Shown: positions 49,650-58,576 of the stretch, one piece after another
Position numbering within the stretch: position 1 is the first letter of the stretch
Layout of the letters: every line of letters begins with the position of its first letter
DNA from: Chiloscyllium plagiosum
Lineage: Eukaryota
Assembly (NCBI RefSeq): GCF_004010195.1
Contig: NW_025215259.1
Span: forward strand, 19,425 to 78,000
Direction: 5' to 3'
DNA length: 58,576 nt
Translations under genes and position numbers: made by a program
The notes under the pieces: generated by a model
The model's database searches: none
What the model saw: only the letters and a program-made list of their open reading frames with translations
Told to the model about the DNA's origin: nothing

Positions 49650-50520
49650 TTTTCTATCTCTCTCTCTCTCGCGCTCTCTTCCTCTTCTCTCTCCTCTTTC
49701 TCTCCCTCTCTCGTTTCCTCTCTCTCACTCTCATTCTCCTGCTCTCTCTTCTCCACCTCTTCTCCACCTCTATTCTCTCCCTCCCCCATTTCTCCCCCTC
49801 TCTCCTAACCCTCTCTCTCCTCCCCCTCTCGCTCCTCCTCCCTCTCTCTCCTTCCCCTCTCTCTTCTCTCTCCCATCTATCTTCTCTCAGCCATCTCTCT
49901 TCTCTGTCTCCCTTCTTTCTCTTCTCTCTCTCTCTCCCGCTCTCTCTTCATCTCTCTCTCTCTCTCTCCCTTGTTAGGGTGGCACGGTGGCTCAGTGGTT
50001 ACCACTGCTGCCTCACAGTGCCAGGGACCCGGTTCGAATCCTCTCCCAGGCGACTACCTGTGTGGAGTGTGTACATTCTCCCCAGTATCTGCGTGGGTTT
50101 CATCACACAGTCCAAAGGTGTGCAGGTCAGGGTGAATTGGTCATGGTGGAGTTACCCATAGTGTTAGGTGAACTGGTCAAATGGAGAAAGGTCATGTCGG
50201 GTTACTCTTCTACCCACTTTCTCACCCCCTCTCTTTCCGTCTTCCCCTGCATCCTCTCACACACCCCACTAACCCAACCCTTTTTTCCTTCCCTCTGTCG
50301 ACTCCGCTGTCTCCTCCCTCGCCTTCCCATATCCTCCCAACCTTTCCTCCCTCTTTCATATCGCATCCTCTCCAAATCCCTCTCCTCACTCTCGTCATCC
50401 CCCCTCACTCCTACACCCCTCTCTCTTCCTCCCTTCTCTCCTTCCCCTCTCCTCACCTCCTCCTGCTTCGCTGCTCCCCTTCCCCCCTCCACTCCAACCC
50501 CTCTCCACCCAATTTCCTTC
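49650..50520. repeat. Polypyrimidine (CT-rich) low-complexity tracts at 49650-49970 and 50215-50520
   Basis: Almost exclusively C/T on the plus strand. Confidence 0.95.
49978..50200 (+). mobile_element. HE1/V-SINE
   Basis: ggcacggtggctcagtggtta (A box), ggttcgaatcc (B box), tgtgtggagt...ctgcgtgggttt V domain. Confidence 0.85.
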
Positions 50521-52215
50521 TTAAACTTCCAGTTTGTCCCCTCCCCCCGCTATTTAGTTCAAACAGGTTAGATTTTTGCACTGACTGCATACTGACTTTG
50601 ACAGACTTGGCAAACTGGACGGCTGCTCTGTGATACAGATTAATACCAGCAGCAGTGGTTTAGTTCCTGCATCCCAACTTCCCGACCCCTCCCTTGACAT
50701 TTAAATCCGTCTACGACCGAGGTGAGTTCCAAGACCGCTATCCAATCTCCTTTACTGGACAGTGGCCATGTACAAATCAGCAACATCTTTATCAATCCGA
50801 TCACTGCTGTTTACCTTTTGGCCAAAGATCGCCCAGACCAGCTCCACATTCTGCCTAATTATCTTTGTCCTGAACCTTCAAGATATGGCAAACTTACGTC
50901 TTTTGACAGTTGAAGGTTTATATTCTGACTTTTGCACTGTGTCACTCAGACATAGACATTCACTCTTTCCGTCATCAATGCTAAATCACAGCACTGTGCA
51001 TCATCTACAGGTTCCATTGCAGAAATTCACCAAAAATCCTTAACTAGCACCTTCCAACATCATAACAATTTACACCTAGAAGGACGAGGTCAGCAGATGC
51101 ACTGGAGCACCACCTGATTTGGCATGTCTCCCTTCTGATTTGAAAATATATTGGTCATACCTTCAGCGTCACGAACTCAAAATCTGGGATTTCCCTGCTG
51201 AACATAATTTATCGATTTACATAGCATCGATTGTAGCAGTTTAAGTAGGCAGTTCACCACAGCCTTCTCACGACGTCAACTAGAGACTGAATAAACGTCT
51301 GGCGCTATCTCTACTACCCAACTCCACAAGTAAATAAAAATAAGTGATGGATCCAATTTTGCCATTTCGTAACGACTCCTTGAAGTGTCCCTCTTCCTTT
51401 CAAATTGTGTGCATAAATAGTTGAAACCACTCTCCTGAGAAACAGCTTTAACGTGCAGAATTTCTCCTTGGAATTTTTTCTGCATGATGGAATTCCTAGT
51501 GTTATTCGTCGTTTACACTTCTTTTACCCCACGGCCCCATCGCCATTGGCCTTTTCAGAAATTTGATTTGTGTTTTACGTACTTCTCATTCTTCTGACAA
51601 AACGTATGTCATCCGAAAGCCTGCCGATTGTACAGTGCTGTCCTATGAACTCAACAATGTCGACGAGATAAAGAATTGAGCCTGCCATTGAACCTTGAAT
51701 AACAGGAGCTAGTTGTATGCTAAGTTCAGAAGAAGGTTAATTAGACCAAATGTTGACTATGGTTTGTCTTCATAGATGCTGCCAGACTTGTTGGGTTTCT
51801 CCAACAATGTTTTCTTTCATGACAGCATGTGGGAAAAGAAATCAGGATTAACGTTTTGTGTCATGTGATCCTTCTGCAGAACCACTTATCCCACTGTTGA
51901 AGAAAAACATCTTGTTAACTGTTCTTATTGAGTACAATATTTACTGGGACTTGAATCCTTATTATGCTTCAGCTTAATGTTAGATTGCATTTACTTCTTC
52001 AAAGTTCTTGCATCCAACTGAAACTTCCGTTTGGAATCTATTTCCCAGACATTTTGCAATTTTTAATTCCCTGGTTGTCGAATTTATTGATCGTTTCTAG
52101 TTACTCCCTTGTGAAAATGTTGGTGATTTACGTTCTTCAATCACTGCAGTCCACATTTTGTAGGCAGACTTCCAATGTCCTTAGGGAGGGGATTCCAGGA
52201 TTTCTACCCATTGAC

Positions 52216-52560
52216 AATGCACAGTGGCTCAGTTGTTCGCATTGCTGCCTCACAGCGCCTGAGACTCAGGGTTCGATTCAAGATTCGTGCAAATGTCTGT
52301 GGAGTTTATATATTCTGACTGCGTCTGCATGGGTTTCCTCCGGGTTCTCCAGTTGCCTTCCAGAATCCAAGTGCAGATGAGGTGAATTGGCCATGCTAAA
52401 GTTTTAATAATGTTCAGGGATATGTAGGTTAGATGCATTAGTCACGGGTAAATGTAGAGTAATAGGGAAAACGGTCTATGTGGGATATGTTTCAGAGAGT
52501 CGGTGTGGACTTGCTGTGCTGAATGACCTGTTTCCACATCGTAGAGATTCTATGGTTCTA
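52216..52560 (+). mobile_element. HE1/V-SINE, near full length
   Basis: gcacagtggctcagt...gggttcgattc head, gggtttcctccggg V domain, gattctatg tail. Confidence 0.85.
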
Positions 52561-53248
52561 GTTGTAACTGATGGCAGAAAATGAAACCAGGAACGGAGGG
52601 ATTAGGCTGGACAAATATTCCCACCTTATAAAGTTCTCCACATGATGCAAAACACATTTGAATCATTTATCAGGTTTTTCAGCCAGAGGTGTCTCATAGC
52701 CTCATCACCTTGGCCTCCATGCAGTCCACATAATAAACACTCAAAATCTATTCTAGCTTTGGGGATGTTTAATTGGCTGCAGGAACTATCTGCACCAAAT
52801 GTGGTGCCGCTTCCGCACAACATTAACACTTTTATTTCTGTTTCTGTCAGTCTATTTTCAATCTTCAATTAAGCGTTGGCATATTGCTATCAATGACATG
52901 TTTGATGAGGTTCAGTGTGTGTTCCTCTTCGGCCATTGACTCAGAGAACCTCAGACCAAACCTTGCAGAAACAGAGCAGGTCTGGCAACATCGGTGGAAA
53001 GAAAAATAGAGATCACGTTTCATCTCGATCCAACATCATAATCTTAGACTGTGACGCCTCGCACCCCGCTCCGCCATGCCAGGTTTTGAACTCTATCGTC
53101 CATTGGCAACGTCCTTCCTGCTTTATGTTTCCTCATGTGTCCTCTTTTGAGAACCTCCGCCTGGACAGCAATTTTGGAAAGAGGAACATGGCTAACAGTT
53201 TGAGGTCGGTATGACTTAACTAATCACAAGTATTCTGGCCCTGAATGC

Positions 53249-54256
53249 TGTGACAATGTTGCCCTTTAACAAGGTTATGTTGTCCTTAGTTTCTTTTACA
53301 AAGAAGTAAGAAAAGATGCAGACTGCAAAACGTCTATGTTGAAGAGTTTTCGGGACAATTTGATTTTAGCTAACAGATACTGCCTGAGGCAAAAAGGCTT
53401 TTAAGTTTAAATGAACACAACACTTGTACAAAGAAAAGTGAGTGGCCAGTTCTCTTAGTTCAGCATTTCTCTAGTTTTGTTCTGTTTTAGCACAGTAGAG
53501 TTGAAACAGCTGATGGACTCTAAACAAGAAGGTGCTCTGTCTCTGGCCTAACTCATGTTAGACCCTACGTTTCATTTTGATTTTCGCAGTGCTAAGCGTT
53601 GTTTATGGGGATTTTTGCAAGTATTTGGAACACCATCATTAATTTGGGACATTCTGCTGAGTTTTCGTATAGGTTCCGTTATTCTGTATTCTGTTCTCAA
53701 TTGTTTGTGTTTCGATTGGTAATTTTGTAAATAAATTCCGCTTTGTTTTAAACGAAATAGCTGGTCCAACTGCATCTCTCCTGGAATATCCTCGTTACAC
53801 CTGCATGATGCATAGAGTCTGGGCTACATTTTTGAAATGTTTTCAGCGTTTCTGGCTTGGCCTATAATAGGTTGGGATATCTTCGATAATTCCAATTTCG
53901 GATTAGGTTTGTCAGACTGTAATGCTGCGAATGTTAGGTTCTGTTCCTGGTATTCAGTTTATTTGCTTTAAATGGTCTTTGGGATAAAAATGCCTCTTTT
54001 CATCAACAAGAGGTTTCTGTGTGTGGAAAAAATGGCTTTGGGGGTTTTGCAAAAAGTGGTTAAGGCCAAGCTGCTGGAATTAGCAGGCAATTTGGAGTTG
54101 AAGCTGACCTCTTCCCTGAGGAAAGGTGAGTTAATTATAGCAATAATCCAGCAATTACATTTGCTGGAAGCGTCACCAGAATTTTTAGAGACGGCCAAAA
54201 TTCAACTAAAAATAAAGCAACTTGAAAAAGAGGAAAACAGTAATGAATTACCCTAA
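53249..54256 (+). mobile_element. Probable Gypsy-type LTR (~53249-53869) followed by truncated gag
   Basis: TGT start and tataata end (degenerate TAACA), then KAKLLELAGNLELKLTSSLRKGELIIAIIQQL resembling fish Gypsy gag N-termini. Confidence 0.5.
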
Positions 54257-54259
54257 AAT

Positions 54260-55174
54260 GAAAAGTTCAGAAATGGACTGAGGAGATTTGGGAGGGGAAA
54301 CGAAAAAAACTTGGGGGGAAGGGTTATGGAAAACCCAAAGGCGTTCTAAGCATACATGGGGAATAACAGAATGACCAGACAGAGGGTAGGGTTGAACAAG
54401 GATAGTGGAGAGAACTTGCGCCTGGAGATTGAAAAGTTAGGGCAGGTGTTAAATGAGGTTTTTGTTTTGCTTCAGTATTCACTCGACAGAGTGAGACCAC
54501 CATGGACCAGTTTAATAGGCTTGAACAGGTTAATGTTAATTAACTCGATATGTTGGATTTTTTTGGAAGCAACAAGGCAGATAAGTCCCCAGGACAGGAC
54601 CAAAGGTACTAAGGAAAGCAAATAATGAGAATGTTGCACTTCTGGCGATGATCTTTGTATCCTCACTCTCCACGGGCGTAGTACTAGATGACCGAGGGAA
54701 GGCGGATGTTATTTTTCTGTCCAAGAAAGCGAATACGAAAGTCCCCGGTAATTACAGACCAGTCAGTCGCACTTCTGCGATAAGCAATGTAAAGGAAAGG
54801 GTCCTGAGGGATGGAATTTATGACTATTGGGAAAAAGATAGTTTTATTAAAGATAGTAAGCATGGCTTTGCGAGGGGTAGTTCATGCCTCACAAGCCTTA
54901 TTGAGTTCTTACAAGGGGGCATAGCTTTAAATTAAGGGGTGGTAGGTTTAGGACAGATGTTAGGGGTAGGTTCTTTACTCAGTGAGTCGTGAGTTCATGG
55001 AATGCCCTGCCAGTAGCAGTGGTGGACTCTCCCTCATTATGGGCATTTAAGCGGGCATTGGATAGGCATATGGAGGATAGTGGGCTAGTGTAGGTTAGGT
55101 GGGCTTGGATCGGTGCAACATCGAGGGCCGAAGGGCCTGTACTTCTCTGTATTCTTCTATGTTCTATGTTCTAT
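54260..55174 (+). mobile_element. CR1 ORF2 fragment joined to a CR1 3' end
   Basis: PGNYRPVSRTS and DSKHGFARGSSCLTSLIEF; 3' end from ~54916 with (ttctatg)n tail. Confidence 0.85.
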
Positions 55175-55175
55175 G

Positions 55176-56545
55176 TAATCAGTCTCCCATGGTGAACCTT
55201 GTCGAACACCTTACTGAAGGCCATATAGATCACATCTACTGCTCTGCCCTCATCAATCTTCTTTGTTACTTCTTCAAAAAACCCAATCAAGATTGTGAGA
55301 CTTGATTTGCCATGCACATAGCCATGTTGACTATCCCTAATCAGTCCTTGCCTGTCCAAATACATGTACATCCTGTCCCTCAGGATTTCCTCCAACAACT
55401 TGCCCACTACCTAGGTCAGGCTCACTGGCCTATAGTTCCCTGGCTTGTCTTTACTACCTTTCTTAAAGAGAGGCACCACGTTAGCCAACCTCCAGTCTTC
55501 TGGCACCTCACCTGTGACTATCGATGATACAAATATCTCAGCAAGAGGTCCAGCAATCACTTCTCTAGCTTCTCACAGAGTTTTAGGGTATATCTGATCA
55601 GGTCCTGGGGATATATCCACCTTTACGCATTTCAAGACATCCAGCACTTAATCCTCTGTAATCTGGACATTTTGCAAAGTGTGACCATCTATTTCACTAT
55701 TTTCTATATGTTCCATATCCTTTTCCACATTAAATAATGATGCAGAATACTCGTATAGTATCTCCCCCATTTTCTGCAGCTCCATCCAAAGGCCGCCTTG
55801 CTGACTTTTGAGGGACCCTATTGTCTCCCTAGTGACCCTTTTGTCCTTAATGCATTTGTAAAAACCCTTTGGATTCTCCTTTATTCTATTTGCCAAAGCT
55901 ATCTCATGTTCCCTTTTTGCCCTCCTGATTTCTCTCTTAAGTATACTCCTACTTCCTTTATACTCTTCTAAGGATTCACTTGATCTATCCTGTCTATACC
56001 TTACAAAAAATGTTCCTGCTTTTTCTTAACCAAACCCTCAATTTCTTTCATCATCCAGCATTCCCTATACCTACCAGCCTTTCCTTTCACCCTGACAGGA
56101 ATATACTTTCTCTGGATTCTCGTTATCTCATTTCTGAAGGCTTCCCATTTTCCAGCCGTCCCTTTACCTGCGAACATAGGCCCCCAATCAGCTTTCAAAA
56201 GTTCTTGCCTAATACCATCAAAATTGGCCTTTCCCCAATTTAGAACTTCAACTTTTAGATCTGGTCTATTCTTTTCCATCACTATTTTAAATCTAATAGA
56301 ATTATGGTCGCTGGCCCCAAAGTGCTCCCCCACTGACACCTCAATCACCTGCCCTGCCTTATTTCCCAAGAGTAGGTCAAATTTTGCACCTTCTCTTGTA
56401 GGTACATCCACATACTGAGACAGAAAATTTTCTTGTACACACTTAACAAATTCCTCTCCATCTAAACCGTTAATACTATGGCAGTCCCAGTCTATGTTTG
56501 GAAAGTTAAAATCCCCTACCATAACCACCCTATTATTCTTAGACA
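55176..56545 (-). mobile_element. CR1 ORF2 fragment (AP endonuclease to RT N-terminus), frameshifted
   Basis: GDFNFPNIDW and SDHN endonuclease motifs; RDSQHGY...AVDVIYMAFSKVFDKVHHGRL RT motifs. Confidence 0.92.
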
Positions 56546-56914
56546 ATGAAGAGTTAAAAACACACAACTTCTTGATTTTTTTGAGAACAGATTGATTGTG
56601 TTTTGGTACTAAAGCTGGAGAAACTCAGCAGATCTGGCAGCATTGTGAAAAGAGGAGCACAGTTAATTATGACTGTTGTGACTTTGTCAAAGGGCTGGAC
56701 AATCTAGTGAATGTAACTCACCCCCTGACTCCCCAAAGCTTGTCCACTACCAATAAGGCACAGGTCAGGAATGTGATGGAATACTCCCACTGACAATATG
56801 AAAAAGGCTGTAAAAGCAGGAATTTAGAATCAACATCACAACATTGCGAGTTCATGATGTTAGACATAGTCAGTTACATACTGGCCGTGTCACCATTTCT
56901 GTGATACCAGAGTA

Positions 56915-57090
56915 GATTTAGATTTAGATTTAGATTAGATTACAGTGTGGAAACAGGCCCTTCGGCCCAACAAGTCCACACCGACCCGCCGAAGCGAAAC
57001 CCACCCACACCCCTACATTTACCCCTTACCTAACACTACAGGCAATTTAGTATGGCCAATTCACCTGACCCTGCACATCTTTGGATGTGG
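56915..57090 (-). mobile_element. HE1 SINE 3' half with (gattta)n tail
   Basis: acagtgtggaaacaggcccttcggcccaacaagtccacaccgacc and tggccaattcacct are the reverse complement of the SINE at 52216. Confidence 0.85.
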
Positions 57091-57944
57091 AAGCAGTGTT
57101 AATGGAGCAGTGAAGTGGATGTATCCTTTAATAAGGAATAACAAAAAAGCAGGTTCATCGAGAAATGAGCAGCAGGAGTGGGACTAATTAGAGAACTTGT
57201 TCAAAAAAGTCAGTGGAGGCACAATGGGCTCAATTTCCTCCTTCTGTGCTGTTTGATTCTATTAATCCCCTGTGTGTAAACTTACCCATGGTAACATATA
57301 AATATTCTTTGCTTCTGTATATTTCATCGTGATTAATGCAAACTAATGACTGTGAATTCTTTTTAACTATAATTCTGAGAACAAGCTATATCCTTTTGAA
57401 GTGTTATACCACTTAACTGTACCCAAAGGTATTAATGGCAAAATATCATTTCTTTTCAGGGGCTGTATTTCCTGAGTTATTTATTTTCATTGCTTAATAT
57501 TTGATGTTTGCTGCAGAAGTTGTTTTACGTGTTTCTCAAGTGAGGGAAGGCTTGTCTTAATGATGACAAACTGTGGTTTACTTGGCTGCGTATAAAACCT
57601 GACATCCTCCACTGCTACAGGGCTCTGGTGGTGCAGTCCAGATCTCCAGGGTGCAGTTATTTTAAACAGGTGACAACAGAGTTGCTTATGAAGTCTGTCA
57701 GGATGCTTCAGGCTCTGGAGGACATCTCAATAATACAGTCATGTGGCATTTAGAGATAGGAATGACGGAGTGTGAATATCGTCCACAGCACATCAAGGGG
57801 CCCACTACTTCAGCTGAAAGAGTGGGCTCTTTGTGTGCAGATGCCAAAGTGAGGAGCTAAGGCTACATGTGCAGGTGAAGGTTGAGGTAGTAACCTGGTA
57901 GGGTGAACAGAGCAAAATTTGTCTGTAAGAGGCATGATGTTTCA

Positions 57945-58200
57945 ATGGCACATCTGTCTCAGCTCATCTGCTGCTGAAAGACTCATCCATGTCTTTGTTA
58001 ACTCTCGACGTTGCAGTTCCAGTATATGTCCAACTGGTTTCCTCCATTCTGCACATCGCAAGCTTAAAGTAATCAAAACTTTTCCTGCCTTAGTGTTAAC
58101 TGCATCAAATCCCACTCATCTAGAAAGCCTATGCATGCTCCCAGTCGAACAACGTATTGATTTTTGAATCACTTCAGGGACCTCATCTTTCCTAAAATTG
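57945..58200 (+). mobile_element. L2 LINE ORF2 C-terminal fragment
   Basis: LSSSAAERLIHVFVNSRR...RKLKVIK...LPVEQRIDF resembles L2 LIHAFVTSRLDY...LPVKQRIDF. Confidence 0.7.
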
Positions 58201-58576
58201 CAGTGGCTGCAAGAGCAGTGAGAGATCGGGAACTTTGTCGCAAGTGACTTAGCCCCTGACTCCCCAAAGCATATCCATCATCTCCAAAGCACAGGCCTGG
58301 AGTGAAATGGAATGTTCAACAATTGTCTGGATGAGTGCAGCTCCAATAACACTCATGAAGCTCAAAACCATCCAGGATGAATCAGCTACTTGACTGGCAT
58401 CACATCCACCACCTTCAATATTCATTGCCCTCAACATTGATGCAGCAATGTGCACCATCTACAAGATGCAAGGTATGGAGCAGAAGGATCAATGACAATC
58501 TGAGGAAAACATTTTTACCCACAGAGTTGAGGATATCAGGAACTCACTGTCTAAGTGCGTGATAGCAGTAGCAATC

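Noticed and set aside
49538..50633. Leu/Ser/Pro-rich ORFs of 150-207 aa
   Set aside because: Translations of CT low-complexity tracts and a SINE

Overview
Repeat-rich eukaryotic DNA with several N gaps. The repeat families (HE1/V-SINE, CR1, Penelope-like elements) point to a cartilaginous fish, probably a shark. I found no intact host protein-coding gene; most ORF-track entries are spurious, span gaps or are transposon fragments. Main structure: an old, diverged inverted duplication with arms at ~1.78-19.44 kb and ~23.06-43.74 kb around a ~3.6 kb spacer. In and beside it lies a decayed tRNA cluster of about 20 pseudogenes (iMet x9, His x3, intron-type Arg x2 and Ile x2, Leu, Val, Asn, possibly Ser). 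These are interleaved with C2H2 zinc-finger exon remnants in a recurring His-iMet-ZF arrangement. Penelope-like elements of at least three families carry minimal hammerhead-ribozyme motifs in their terminal repeats, and several insertions have inverted ends with 13-17 bp target-site duplications. The last 10 kb holds SINEs, a probable Gypsy LTR/gag remnant, and CR1 and L2 fragments. All family assignments come from by-eye comparison with remembered consensus sequences, not database searches; boundaries are approximate.
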